Notes under the pieces: model-generated
What the model saw: only the letters and a program-made list of their open reading frames with translations
Databases searched by the model: none
Told to the model about the DNA's origin: nothing
NCBI GenBank assembly: GCA_037442105.1
Contig: JBBIQV010000022.1
Location: 1 to 47,710 of the forward strand
Source: Nitrospiraceae bacterium
GTDB lineage: Bacteria > Nitrospirota > Nitrospiria > Nitrospirales > Nitrospiraceae
DNA length: 47,710 nt
Reading direction: 5' to 3'
Made by a program: the position numbers and the translations under genes
Shown here: one piece after another, positions 20,817 through 30,604 of the stretch
Layout of the letters: every line of letters begins with the position of its first letter
Position numbering within the stretch: the stretch's first letter is position 1

Positions 20817-21775
20817 TCGCCCGGTCCTTTCCGTCGAGGGGTGCGCCCAAGCACCAGGGCGTTAGGCTCCCGTTCGAGTTCCTGCGCCACCCGATTCAAC
20901 GTCGCCGTGAGTTGCCGCAGATCCGTGACAAGCAGGCCGGTCTCCGCCAACGTCTCCCGCGAAAACTGTTCGACGTTGGGTCTCGTCTCATCCACGACGG
21001 CGCTCACCGCTTTGCCGGTCTTCGCCAGCTCCTCCGTCATGCTCTGCAAGGCCGCCGCACTCCGATCGACGCGATCGAAGAGGGCCGGGAGCTGCTTATC
21101 GACCGTCTCGGTCAGGCGGGCCAGATGTTCCGCCGCTTCCGTTGCGTTCAGCACGCCGCGGTCCAACCGCTCGCTGCGTGCGGCCACGGCATGGGTCACC
21201 TCGGAAAGATCTTTCAGGATTTGCTTCACTGCCGCGCGATTTTCTTCATCCACCACCCCGGTGGCATTCTCGGACAACGTATTCAAATTGGACAAGAGCT
21301 TCGAGAGGCCTTGCTCGGACAGCAGCCGGGATAGCGCCGTATCAACCCGAAGGAACAAGGAGGGTCCGGTCTTGATGACCGGATATTCCTGGCCTGGTTC
21401 GATTTGGAGCGGCGGAGCCTCTCGGCTGCCGCCGTGGAGATTCAACGTCGCCAGCCCGGTCAGCCCTTGGGTCTCAAGCACCGCCACCGTATCCGTCTTA
21501 ATCGGCGTGCCGCGAAGGATGTCCAACGTGAGCCGCACTTCCTCCGGGTTGTCGGGGTTGAGAGCGATCTCCTTTACGCGGCCGACATCCACCCCGCGAT
21601 ACTTCACCGTGGCATCGACGCTGAGCCCGGCAACCGATTCGCGCATGTAGGCATAGTACCGGTCATACAGGCCCCGGTAGTCCCCCTTACCGAGCCATAC
21701 CACAACCCCGGCCAGGATCAGGCCGAGCAACACGATGAACAGCCCGACCAGCGTGTAGTTTACTTTCGGCTCCAT
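20813..21775 (-). CDS. mlaD: MlaD/MCE-family substrate-binding protein
   Basis: N-terminal TM, 'SVAGLSVDATVKYRGVDVGRV', 'QGLTG' and a helical tail. Confidence 0.9.
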   Translation of the reverse strand: MEPKVNYTLVGLFIVLLGLILAGVVVWLGKGDYRGLYDRYYAYMRESVAGLSVDATVKYRGVDVGRVKEIALNPDNPEEVRLTLDILRGTPIKTDTVAVLETQGLTGLATLNLHGGSREAPPLQIEPGQEYPVIKTGPSLFLRVDTALSRLLSEQGLSKLLSNLNTLSENATGVVDEENRAAVKQILKDLSEVTHAVAARSERLDRGVLNATEAAEHLARLTETVDKQLPALFDRVDRSAAALQSMTEELAKTGKAVSAVVDETRPNVEQFSRETLAETGLLVTDLRQLTATLNRVAQELEREPNALVLGRTPRRKGPGE

Positions 21776-21809
21776 CCCTTTCTCCTCTTACGCGTTGCCG
21801 GTCATTCGC

Positions 21810-22610
21810 CTACATGTCGCGCCTCGTGGCTTGCTCCCGTGCCGCCCGACCTCGCGGTCCGTGAAAGTACTCACGCAACATCGGATCGTCCGACCGAGAC
21901 AGTTCGTCCATGGTTCCGAGACCGAGCACGGTTCCGTCGCCCAAGACAGCGACTCGATCGGCGATTTGCCACAACGAGTCCAGATCATGCGTGACCATGA
22001 CGATCGTCAATCCGAGCAAGTGTCGCAACCCTTTCACAAGCTCATCGAAGCCACTCGCGCTCATCGGATCCAGTCCGGCGGTCGGTTCATCGAGGAACAA
22101 GAGTTCGGGATCAAGGGCGATCGCCCGAGCGAGAGCCGCCCGCCGGCGCATGCCGCCGCTGAGCTCGTTCGGGTACTTCGCGACGCTCTCCGCAGGGAAA
22201 CCGGCCAACGCGACTTTGATCTCCACAATCTCGCGGATCAACGCTTTGCTCAAACGGGTATGTTCGATCAGCGGCGCCGCGACATTCTCTGCCACGGTCA
22301 GCGAGCTAAACAGGGCACCGTGCTGGAACATGACGCCGCACCGCCGGCGCAAACCGAGGACTTCCGCCCGAGTCATTCGGCCGACATCGCGCCCGAATAC
22401 TTTGATGGTCCCCGACGTCGGCGTAAGGAGGAGAATGATCTCTCGAAGCAACGTGGATTTCCCGCTCCCGTTCCCACCTGCAATCGCAAACACCTCGCCT
22501 CGACGGACCTCCAGGCTCACATCCTCGTGAACGACGGCGTTGCCGAACCTGGTGCACACATGGCTCACCTCGATCAACGGCGGTTCCGACGGCATCGCGC
22601 TGTAGCCCAT
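21810..22610 (-). CDS. mlaF: MlaF-family ABC ATP-binding protein
   Basis: GGNGSGKS, 'FQHGALFSSLTV', LSGGMRRR and 'DEPTAGLDP'. Confidence 0.9.
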   Translation of the reverse strand: MGYSAMPSEPPLIEVSHVCTRFGNAVVHEDVSLEVRRGEVFAIAGGNGSGKSTLLREIILLLTPTSGTIKVFGRDVGRMTRAEVLGLRRRCGVMFQHGALFSSLTVAENVAAPLIEHTRLSKALIREIVEIKVALAGFPAESVAKYPNELSGGMRRRAALARAIALDPELLFLDEPTAGLDPMSASGFDELVKGLRHLLGLTIVMVTHDLDSLWQIADRVAVLGDGTVLGLGTMDELSRSDDPMLREYFHGPRGRAAREQATRRDM

Positions 22611-22612
22611 GG

Positions 22613-23758
22613 TCACACCCTCCACCAGCTCAGGACCACGGAGAAGAACGCATCGAACATGATGACGAGGAAGATGGCCTGCACCACGCTGATCGTCGTA
22701 TGGCGGCCCACGTCATCGACGCCTCCTCGGATTTGAAAGCCCTGGTAGCAGCCGACCAACACGATGATCGAGGCAAAGACCGGCGCTTTGCCGATGCCGA
22801 TCAGGAGATGCTTCAAGGCCACCGCTTCTTCGAAGCGAGCGATAAACTCGACGAACGTGACGCTCAATTGCGCCGAAGCGATCAGCATCCCTCCAAAGAC
22901 CCCGACCACGTCCGCGAAGACCGTCAACAACGGCAGGGCGATCGAGAGAGCCAGCACCTTCGGCAGCACGAGCACGTCCATCGGGCCCAACCCCAAGGTC
23001 CGGAGCGCGTCCAGTTCCTCCGTCACTTTCATCGTGCCGATCTGCGCCGCGTACGACGAGCCGGAACGACCGGCTACCAGAATCGCAGTCACCAGCGGGG
23101 AAATCTCCCGCAGCAATGAAATCCCGACCAGATCGACCACGAAGATATTGGTGCCGAACTTTCGCAACTGCTCCGCGCCTTGATACGCAATCACCACTCC
23201 CACCAAAAACGAGAGGAGTCCGACGATAGGGATGGCCTGCAGTCCGTCCACCTCCAAACTCCGAAATAATGCGCTCCATCGGATGGACAGCGGAGCAGCG
23301 AACGAGCGGAACAGCGCCAGCGCGCTCTCGCCAAGAAAAGCGAGCGCGCTCCGCCCTTGAGTGACCCGATTCCAAGTCGCCAGTCCGACCAGTTCCAGCC
23401 ACGATGGCCGGCCGGCTCCGGCGATCGGCAGGGCCTTCGCCGAATGCGTCGCGACCATCTTCAACAGTTCGGTGAACTCCGGCTTCAGCCCGCGCAATTC
23501 GACCTGCCGTCCTTGTTTCCGCAGGTCGCTCAAAACCCGCTGCAGCAGCACCGCCCCGCCCGTATCCATCGCCGTGATGCGGGAAGCATCACAGGCCAAT
23601 GTCGTGGCCTTCGGCCAGGAGCGGACCGCAAGGTCTTGTTCCAGGGCCGCAATCCGATGCATGGTCCACGAGCCCGCACAGTCGAACGCATGGTCCCCGC
23701 TTATGGAAAGACGAGCCTCCTGCTGCGCTTCTCCCGGCATCGCGTCACACCCATTCAT
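22613..23758 (-). CDS. mlaE: MlaE-family permease with N-terminal STAS domain
   Basis: STAS 'MDTGGA'; 'LREISPLVTAILVAGRSGSSYAAQIGTMKVTEELDAL'. Confidence 0.92.
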   Translation of the reverse strand: MNGCDAMPGEAQQEARLSISGDHAFDCAGSWTMHRIAALEQDLAVRSWPKATTLACDASRITAMDTGGAVLLQRVLSDLRKQGRQVELRGLKPEFTELLKMVATHSAKALPIAGAGRPSWLELVGLATWNRVTQGRSALAFLGESALALFRSFAAPLSIRWSALFRSLEVDGLQAIPIVGLLSFLVGVVIAYQGAEQLRKFGTNIFVVDLVGISLLREISPLVTAILVAGRSGSSYAAQIGTMKVTEELDALRTLGLGPMDVLVLPKVLALSIALPLLTVFADVVGVFGGMLIASAQLSVTFVEFIARFEEAVALKHLLIGIGKAPVFASIIVLVGCYQGFQIRGGVDDVGRHTTISVVQAIFLVIMFDAFFSVVLSWWRV

Positions 23759-23949
23759 CCTGATCGGCAGTGCAAGGAGGGGACCGGCCTGCAGCCTGTA
23801 GGACGACAGTTACCCTGTAGAGATATTCAGAGGTTCAGCGACGAGGGTAAGACGGCATGAATCATTCGCGTGGAATCATGCTACAGCGTACGAGATCAAC
23901 ACTGTAGCGGAAGGCGACAGGTCGTTCAGAAACGTTCGTGTTGTTTCGA

Positions 23950-24447
23950 TTACAACCTGGCGAGCATCACCGCAACGAACACGACCGCCAGTGCAAGAAA
24001 GAGGGCAAGTCGCGGCAGCCAGGACGACACAATAACCAGCGCGCGATCGACGGGTGTTCTGCCCTCCTGTGGAACCGCGACCATCCGAGCCGTGCGCGGG
24101 CCCAAGACCTTGTCATGCAGCATGGTGAGTATCAGCAAGACGGCCACAAGCCCCAGCTTGAGGCCGAGAACTCGCGGCCAGCTCAAGGGATCGCCGACCG
24201 GGATACCTCGGTAGGAGACCAAGACCGGCCCGGTGCTCAGGAGAATCGCGATCGCGCCCCACGCCACCGTGCGAAAGCGACGCGCTATGGTTCGGAACAA
24301 CTCGGCTCGTTCAGCATCGAAGCCTTCGCGCCTGAAGACCGGCGCCAAAACCAGCGACAGAAAGATCATCCCGCCGATCCACGAAACCGCCGCGAGCACG
24401 TGGAGCCAGGCCACCAGAATCGGCATGCTCGACTCACTCAACCCCAT
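23950..24447 (-). CDS. CopD-like inner-membrane protein
   Basis: 'WLHVLAAVSWIGGMIFLSLVLAP' and 'KLGLV...MLHD'; 4 TM segments. Confidence 0.72.
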   Translation of the reverse strand: MGLSESSMPILVAWLHVLAAVSWIGGMIFLSLVLAPVFRREGFDAERAELFRTIARRFRTVAWGAIAILLSTGPVLVSYRGIPVGDPLSWPRVLGLKLGLVAVLLILTMLHDKVLGPRTARMVAVPQEGRTPVDRALVIVSSWLPRLALFLALAVVFVAVMLARL

Positions 24448-24477
24448 TCACCGATTCATGGCGGTTCGGCGGCATGG

Positions 24478-26076
24478 TCACGTCTTGACCCTGCCGCTTA
24501 ACCCTAACCTCTTGAGGGTGGGCGAAATGTCATGTGGTTGGAGCACGACTTCGATGAGCGAGACTCCGGAACGGCCGCACGCGTCATGCAAAGCGATCGC
24601 GAACTCCTCCGGCGTGCGCACGCGCGTTCCCTCGGCCCCGAGGGCTCTGGCCACCGCCACATAATCCCAGGGATGGATATCCCACCGGGCCGGCGTCCCG
24701 CCCAGCGCCTCCAGGCTGCGATACCCTCCGTTGTTGAGCACAATGACGACCGCGTCAACCCCGTACCGCACCAACGTCCCAAGCTCCATGCCGGTCATCT
24801 GAAACCCGCCGTCCCCTACCAGCGCCACCGGCCTGCGATCAGGCGCAGCCAGACCGGCGCCCAGCGCGGCAGGCACACCGAACCCCATGCTGGTGTAGTA
24901 CCCCGGATTCAGAATCGTCTCGGCGTTCAATGCGACCGCGCCGAACAAACAGTCGCCGGTGTCCGTCGTGAAGATGTAGCGCCGGTCGTCCAAGCGACTC
25001 AATTCCGAGAAGACCGCAGCGACCAAAGACCGGCTGTCCCCTTCGGGCGGTTCCGGCACGTAGTCGTTGCGAAACGCCCGCGGTTTGATCTCAGGACATT
25101 CCAACAAGGCGGTCAGAACCTCGGCGAGTCCGGTGTGTCGATACCGATGCCGGCTGATGATCACCTCGTCGGCCAACACCCGGATCAAGGTCCCTCGAGC
25201 AATCAGGCTTGTGAAGCGTCCGGTCTCGGTGTCCGTCAGCCACACCCCCAACATGAGCAGGCAGTCCGACTCTTCAACCATGCGCCGCGCATAGGGATGG
25301 CCGGCTGCGCCCATATAGGTCCCGATGAAGTTCGGATGATGCTCCGGAAAGACCGCCTTTCCCATGAACGAAGTTGCGACCGGCAGGTTGTACTGCTCGG
25401 CAAGCCGGATAAGCCGATCCCGAAGACCCAGCCGCATGATTTCGATACCGGCCAGAATCACCGGGCTCCGGCTCCGGTTGAGGCGGGCTGAAATCTCCTG
25501 CATCGCCTCCGCCAATGCCGCCTGATCCCGCTCCGGGACAAAGGGCGTCCACGCCTCGGCTTCGTCGATTTCGGCCCACGCCAGGTCTCGCGGAATTTCC
25601 AGATAGCCCGGCCGCTTCTCGCGCCGCACCGCATCGAGCACCCGCGCGATCTCGCGCGACGCGGCCTTCGGATCTTCCAGCGTCGCGCTGGCCGCCGTCA
25701 TCTGCTCGTAGATGCGAAGCTGCGTGTCGAACGCCTTCACCTTGTGATGGATCAGCAAATCCGGGTCCCGGCCGGCCATGTCGGGCGCACCGCTGACGAC
25801 AAGCACAGGCGATTTCTCCGCGTAGGCCTGTGCAATCGGATTGACCATATTCAGCACACCGGCGCCGTACGTGCCCATCGCCACCCCGATGCCCTTCAGT
25901 CGCGCATAGGCATCCGCCGCGAATCCGGCCGAAGGCTCATGAGTGGTCAAGATAGAACGGATAGGACTCTTGCCCAGTGCTTCATACAGCGGCAGTACGT
26001 GATCGCCCGGGATCCCGAACGCATGGGCGGCACCAAGGCCGAACAACCGTTGGAAAAGATAGGAGGCCAGACGCAT
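24478..26076 (-). CDS. ThDP-dependent 2-oxoacid decarboxylase (indolepyruvate/phenylpyruvate decarboxylase-like)
   Basis: 'FGIPGD', 'HEPSAGFAADAYAR', 'LIHH' and ThDP motif 'GDGGFQMTG...NNGGY'. Confidence 0.88.
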   Translation of the reverse strand: MRLASYLFQRLFGLGAAHAFGIPGDHVLPLYEALGKSPIRSILTTHEPSAGFAADAYARLKGIGVAMGTYGAGVLNMVNPIAQAYAEKSPVLVVSGAPDMAGRDPDLLIHHKVKAFDTQLRIYEQMTAASATLEDPKAASREIARVLDAVRREKRPGYLEIPRDLAWAEIDEAEAWTPFVPERDQAALAEAMQEISARLNRSRSPVILAGIEIMRLGLRDRLIRLAEQYNLPVATSFMGKAVFPEHHPNFIGTYMGAAGHPYARRMVEESDCLLMLGVWLTDTETGRFTSLIARGTLIRVLADEVIISRHRYRHTGLAEVLTALLECPEIKPRAFRNDYVPEPPEGDSRSLVAAVFSELSRLDDRRYIFTTDTGDCLFGAVALNAETILNPGYYTSMGFGVPAALGAGLAAPDRRPVALVGDGGFQMTGMELGTLVRYGVDAVVIVLNNGGYRSLEALGGTPARWDIHPWDYVAVARALGAEGTRVRTPEEFAIALHDACGRSGVSLIEVVLQPHDISPTLKRLGLSGRVKT

Positions 26077-26092
26077 CGGTACACGCCAAGCA

Positions 26093-26155
26093 TTCAGTTC
26101 TCAGCCGTCAGTCTTCAGCTCCGTGCTGATAGCTGACTGCTGATGGCTGACCGCT
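26093..26155. repeat. Heptamer repeat, (TCAGCNN)n...(GCTGANN)n variant
   Basis: tcagttc tcagccg tcagtct tcagc ... gctgata gctgact gctgatg gctgacc. The same variant occurs at 37291-37396. Confidence 0.75.
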
Positions 26156-26174
26156 CGTTCTGGTGCATGAAGAA

Positions 26175-27017
26175 TTACCTCGTGGAATCCTGGACACAGC
26201 GAAAGCCGACGTCGAAGTACGCGTTCTTCGGTGAGTAGTAGTTCCGGTTCGTGGTCCGCAGATCGTAGAGCATATTGTACCAGGAGCCACCGCGCAGCAC
26301 TTTGCTCCCGCCGCGAGAGGGACCAGTCGGGTTCCGATCCGGGGTTTTATTGTAATACCCCATGTCGTACCAATCTGCAACCCACTCCCACACATTGCCT
26401 GCCAGATCGTAGATCCCGTAGGGGCTCTTTCCCCCCTCCAGGCTCCCCACCACTACAAGCGTCTCGTACCCGCTCCAAACCGCCCCGAAATTCGCCCGGA
26501 GACGGGTCGGCTCCTCCTGACCCCAAGGAAACAACCGCCCATCGTCCCCCCGCGCCGCCTTCTCCCACTCTGCCTCGGTCGGGAGACGTTTCCCATAATG
26601 GCGGCAGTACGCATCGGCATCGTGCCAGGTGACGCCCACCACCGGCCGTTGCCCGTCGGTCGCCGGATTCACATCTTTCCATTTCGTGGGCTGATCGCGA
26701 CCGGTGGCCTGCATGAATCCGCCGTACCGCGCAGTCGTGACCTCATATTTGTCCATATAAAACGCGTCCAGATACACGCGATGGACCGGCTTCTCATCCG
26801 CATCCCACTTGTCATGCCCCATCGTGAACTCCCCGGCCTGAACCAGGACCATCGGGCCCTCGTCCTTGCCGGTGATCTCGACGGGGACAGTGGGGACCGG
26901 CTCCGGAAGGGACTGGCTCCCGCCGGAAGCGGGTGCCTGTCCCGTTCCGACGGGGATAGACCCCCACGGAATGGGTTCAGCCCCCGTGCCTGTCCCCATG
27001 GCTGAGCACAACGTCAC
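26175..27017 (-). CDS. Exported FGE-sulfatase (SUMF1)-fold protein lacking catalytic Cys
   Basis: 'FTMG', 'YEVT', 'RLPTEAEWEKAARG', 'GNVWEW', 'RGGSW' and 'GFRC'. The frame stays open up to a CTG at 27071 that follows an RBS. Confidence 0.9.
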   Translation of the reverse strand: MTLCSAMGTGTGAEPIPWGSIPVGTGQAPASGGSQSLPEPVPTVPVEITGKDEGPMVLVQAGEFTMGHDKWDADEKPVHRVYLDAFYMDKYEVTTARYGGFMQATGRDQPTKWKDVNPATDGQRPVVGVTWHDADAYCRHYGKRLPTEAEWEKAARGDDGRLFPWGQEEPTRLRANFGAVWSGYETLVVVGSLEGGKSPYGIYDLAGNVWEWVADWYDMGYYNKTPDRNPTGPSRGGSKVLRGGSWYNMLYDLRTTNRNYYSPKNAYFDVGFRCVQDSTR

Positions 27018-27067
27018 CGCCAGCAGAAAGCGTTGTATGATCCGCCGTCGTATAGCGAGACGACTCG

Positions 27068-28255
27068 TCAGATAAAGACCTCCTGGACCGGACCAGCCGG
27101 CGGACCTTCATCAATCGGCCCGCTGCCCGCCACCGTGGTGATGATGCCGGTCGCCGCATCAATTCGCCGAATCCGGTGGTTTCCTGCATCGGCGATATAT
27201 AAGTTGTCGGCGGCGTCCACCGCAATCCCTGCCGGCGCATTCAGCCCGGCTTCCAGGGCCGGTCCTCCATCTCCGGAGAACCCGCGTGTTCCATTCCCGG
27301 CAATCGTCGTGATGACACCGGTCTTCATATCCACGCGCCTGATACGGAGATTGTTGTGGTCGGCAATGAGCAGGTTCCCTTTGCTGTCAAAGGCGATGGC
27401 CGCGGGTGCCTCGAGCTTGGCATCGCGTGCCGGCCCACCGTCACCGCTGAAGCCCATCTCTTCTTCCCCGGCCACGATCGTGACCCAGCCGCTTTTCGTT
27501 TTGGGATCGACCTTCGTCAAATCAGCCCTCTTGACGCGACTCAATGTGGCGTCGGCCCAATAGATGTGACCGTCAGGACCGGCAGCCACCCCGACCGGGT
27601 GCCAAAGATACTTGGGCGCTGCGCCTTTGTCCACCAATCGCGGGTCAGCACCCGCCACCGTCTTGATACGGCCGTCCTGATCCACGGCTCGAACGCACCC
27701 GTGCTGGGTATCCGCAATAAACAAGGTGCCCTTCGAGTCCACTACCACGCCTCGAGGAGCGGAAAGCCCGGCAGCGGTTGCAGGACCGCCATCGCCATAG
27801 AATTCAGTCCTTCCCGTTCCCGCGACCGTCGAAATGATGCCGGCTTGCGCCTCGACCTTTCGGACTCGATGATTCCCTGCATCGGCAATGTACAGATTCC
27901 CTGCCTCATCGAGGGCGATTCCGTGCGGGAAATACAATTTGGCGACACCAGCCTGGCCACCGTCGCCGCCGAAACCCCGCTCACCCAAACCGGCCACCGT
28001 GGTGATGGTGCCGGTCGTCTTGTCCACACGCCGAACCCGGTCATTGCTCGAGTCGGCAATATAGAGGTTGCCGGCGCGATCCACGGCTACCCCTCTGGGG
28101 TTGTTCAGTCGCGCCTCAACCGCCGCCCCCCCGTCTCCGGCAAAAGAGCCGCTGCCCGGCCCGACCGCCATGAGGGACAAGGGACCTGCAAGAACACTTG
28201 CGCCAACCAGTGCACAGGTGATCGTCATCCACCATTTCACTTCGAGTCGGAACAT
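27068..28255 (-). CDS. Exported NHL-repeat beta-propeller protein (teneurin-type NHL)
   Basis: About six repeats of 'GDGGxAxxAxLxxPxG(V/I)AxDxxGNLYIADxxNxRVR'; hydrophobic N-terminus; RBS AAGGAG. Confidence 0.9.
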   Translation of the reverse strand: MFRLEVKWWMTITCALVGASVLAGPLSLMAVGPGSGSFAGDGGAAVEARLNNPRGVAVDRAGNLYIADSSNDRVRRVDKTTGTITTVAGLGERGFGGDGGQAGVAKLYFPHGIALDEAGNLYIADAGNHRVRKVEAQAGIISTVAGTGRTEFYGDGGPATAAGLSAPRGVVVDSKGTLFIADTQHGCVRAVDQDGRIKTVAGADPRLVDKGAAPKYLWHPVGVAAGPDGHIYWADATLSRVKRADLTKVDPKTKSGWVTIVAGEEEMGFSGDGGPARDAKLEAPAAIAFDSKGNLLIADHNNLRIRRVDMKTGVITTIAGNGTRGFSGDGGPALEAGLNAPAGIAVDAADNLYIADAGNHRIRRIDAATGIITTVAGSGPIDEGPPAGPVQEVFI

Positions 28256-28294
28256 GTTGGGACTCCTTTTCGAACAGACGTCAATCGTCAAGGA

Positions 28295-28373
28295 GCAGCG
28301 AATAGCTCATAGCCGGCAGTGAACAGCGTGCAGCTCGGAGCTATTCGCTACTCGCTAATGGCTCTTTGCTGCT
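28295..28373. repeat. Heptamer tandem/inverted repeat hairpin
   Basis: cagcgaa tagctca tagccgg cagtgaa cagcgtg cagct cgg agcta ttcgcta ctcgcta. Confidence 0.8.
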
Positions 28374-28393
28374 TCAACCACCGCAACCGTTTC

Positions 28394-29347
28394 TTATCCG
28401 CCTGTTCCGTCTCGCACGTGAACCGGCACACCTCGTAGATCCCACACCAGCCCCAGCCAGGACAGAACTTTCAAGCCGTAATAGGTGAGATCGATCTCCC
28501 ACCAATAAAAGCCCTGGCGAGTGGAGGATTGATAATAATGGTGGTTGTTGTGCCAACCTTCGCCCAATGTGATCAGCGCCAGCCAGAAATTGTTGCGGCT
28601 GTCGTCGCCGGTCTTGTAGCGTTGGGAGCCGAACATGTGGGAGAGCGAGTTGATAGTGCAGGTGCCGTGCGTCAAGGCGACGGTAGAGATAAAGAATCCC
28701 CAGATCAGCATCTGGGGGCCGTTCGTGCCCAAACCGGGAGCGTAGGTGTGCAGCGCGACGCCGAGGCCGTACATGGCAAAGCCGAGGAGCGTGGGGACTA
28801 CGATGTCATAACGATCCAGAAATCGCAGTTCCGGAAACTTGGCGAAGTCTCCGATGTTTTTGAGATTCGGCGCGAAGTGGATGCGCGACGTGAACCAGCC
28901 GATGTGGGCCCACCAGAAGCCATAATACCGGGGGGAGTGGGGATCGTTCTCCGTATCGGAGACCAAGTGATGCGTCCGGTGATGCCCTCCCCACCAGAGC
29001 GGCCCGCGTTGGGCCGATGACGCGCCCAGCACGGCGAAGGCGAATTGGCACCAGCGTGATGTCTTGAACGAGCGGTGAGAAAAGTAACGGTGGTACCAGC
29101 CGGTGATCGCAAACATGCGAACGAAGTACAGTGCGATGGCCACGGCCACGGCCGTCCAGCTCCACCCGACCCAGATCACGCCCAGGCACATCAGGTGCAC
29201 CGCGATGATCGGAAGGCATCGGAACCAATCGATGCGGTTCGATCCGTCGGGCCGCAAGGCGTCGAGTCCGGCCCAGGAATCGAACCATCGCAAGAAGGAC
29301 AGCCACAGATCTTGGCGTCTGGATAGGCGAAGCGATGGCATTTCCAT
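28394..29347 (-). CDS. Acyl-CoA (delta-9-type) membrane fatty acid desaturase
   Basis: His boxes HRYFSH, HRTHH and HNNHH; 'NSLSH'; RBS GGAGG before ATG 29347. Confidence 0.92.
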   Translation of the reverse strand: MEMPSLRLSRRQDLWLSFLRWFDSWAGLDALRPDGSNRIDWFRCLPIIAVHLMCLGVIWVGWSWTAVAVAIALYFVRMFAITGWYHRYFSHRSFKTSRWCQFAFAVLGASSAQRGPLWWGGHHRTHHLVSDTENDPHSPRYYGFWWAHIGWFTSRIHFAPNLKNIGDFAKFPELRFLDRYDIVVPTLLGFAMYGLGVALHTYAPGLGTNGPQMLIWGFFISTVALTHGTCTINSLSHMFGSQRYKTGDDSRNNFWLALITLGEGWHNNHHYYQSSTRQGFYWWEIDLTYYGLKVLSWLGLVWDLRGVPVHVRDGTGG

Positions 29348-29396
29348 TGTTTCTACCTCCCCTCTCAAGGCCTCCTTGTTGTTGTGCGTGAAGAAT

Positions 29397-30185
29397 TTAT
29401 TCCGGATTCTTGGCTCCCGCCGCGCTCTTCGCACAGCGTACGCCGAGCCACTTGTATCGCGCGTGAGGCGGATACCAATGCCGGTGGGCCACGCGGCTCG
29501 GCCCCACGCCGTCCACCCACGACCCGCCGCGCAACACTTTATCCTTGCCAGACTCCGGACCGGTTGGGTTTGCTTCAGCGCTCTTTTCGTAATAGTGCGC
29601 GTCAAACCAGTCCGCGGTCCATTCCCACACGTTGCCGGCCATGTCGAAGAGCCCATAATCGTTCGGCGCGAAACTTCCCACCGGGAGCGTTCCCTGCCCC
29701 TCGTAATTGGCGCGCTTTCGATCCGGCCTGTCTCCCCAGGGGAAAGCCAATCCTTCTCGCCCGCCGCGCGCAGCCTTTTCCCATTCCGCCTCGGTCGGCA
29801 ACCGCTTGCCTATCCATTCGCAGAATGTTTTCGCCTCGAACCAGGACACGCCGACCACCGGATGTTGCGGAAATTTGTCGCCGCTGTGAAACCGGTCGCT
29901 CCTGTTCCAATAGGCAGGCGCTGAAGCGTCGGTCGCCTGCAAGTACTTGGCATATTGCTCGTTCATTACCTCATATCGGTCGATCCAGAATGCGTCCAGG
30001 ACCACGCGATGACGCGGATGTTCCTCGTCGAAGTCTCCGCCCATCTCAAAGGGGCCGGCCGGGATCAAGGCCATGTCCGCCGTCGTGCTTTCCGGCGAGT
30101 CGGCCGCCAGGGAGCAGTCGTTGGGAACCATCAAGAGACCCCAAATCAATACCCAGGCCGGCCGGCACCATCCTCGTCCTGTCAC
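29397..30185 (-). CDS. Second exported FGE-sulfatase-fold protein lacking catalytic Cys
   Basis: 'FEMG', 'RLPTEAEWEKAARG', 'GNVWEW', 'RGGSW' and 'GVRC'; signal peptide-like N-terminus. Confidence 0.9.
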   Translation of the reverse strand: MTGRGWCRPAWVLIWGLLMVPNDCSLAADSPESTTADMALIPAGPFEMGGDFDEEHPRHRVVLDAFWIDRYEVMNEQYAKYLQATDASAPAYWNRSDRFHSGDKFPQHPVVGVSWFEAKTFCEWIGKRLPTEAEWEKAARGGREGLAFPWGDRPDRKRANYEGQGTLPVGSFAPNDYGLFDMAGNVWEWTADWFDAHYYEKSAEANPTGPESGKDKVLRGGSWVDGVGPSRVAHRHWYPPHARYKWLGVRCAKSAAGAKNPE

Positions 30186-30532
30186 TCAGTTCTCACCTTC
30201 ATCATCGACTCCATCGACGGTCCTGGTGGAGGGGTCCGGCGGGTCACCGAGACGATTTTCCGCTCGCCTCCCTGAACCTGCACCGCCACATCCACCTTCT
30301 CGCCTATGGTGGTGCGCGCCAACTCACTGCTCGCCGAATCGGCGACCACAAACTGGCTCCACCCACCGGGCGTCTGGAGTTCCACCCGCCCCATCCCCTT
30401 GGCAATCCTGGTCACCGTACCGGAAATCGTTTCAGTGGGGGGACCAGCCGGTGCCGCGACCGGTTTTTTCTCGGGCACCTGCGCGCACCCGGCGATCAGG
30501 CACATGAACACTGCAACGCGTGAAAGCTTCAT
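30182..30532 (-). CDS. Lipoprotein with small OB-fold-like beta domain
   Basis: Lipobox 'IAGC'; 'SGTVTRI...TTIGEKVDVAV'; Met-rich C-terminus 'MESMMK'. Confidence 0.6.
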   Translation of the reverse strand: MKLSRVAVFMCLIAGCAQVPEKKPVAAPAGPPTETISGTVTRIAKGMGRVELQTPGGWSQFVVADSASSELARTTIGEKVDVAVQVQGGERKIVSVTRRTPPPGPSMESMMKVRTE

Positions 30533-30604
30533 GGCATCACCTCCATAGTTGTGCTATCGATTAACAATTGTAGCGAAGACAGCTACCATGAGCGACGATC
30601 CGCT

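Noticed and set aside
28394..29656. N-terminal extensions in the ORF track (desaturase from 29656, monooxygenase from 33408, VOC from 32302, TPR from 34621, and 39822, 41573)
   Set aside because: They overlap upstream genes; downstream starts with a good RBS or translational coupling fit better.
26175..30185. Diversity-generating retroelement targets (FGE/C-type lectin fold)
   Set aside because: No reverse transcriptase is present, and I saw no near-identical template repeat differing only at adenines.
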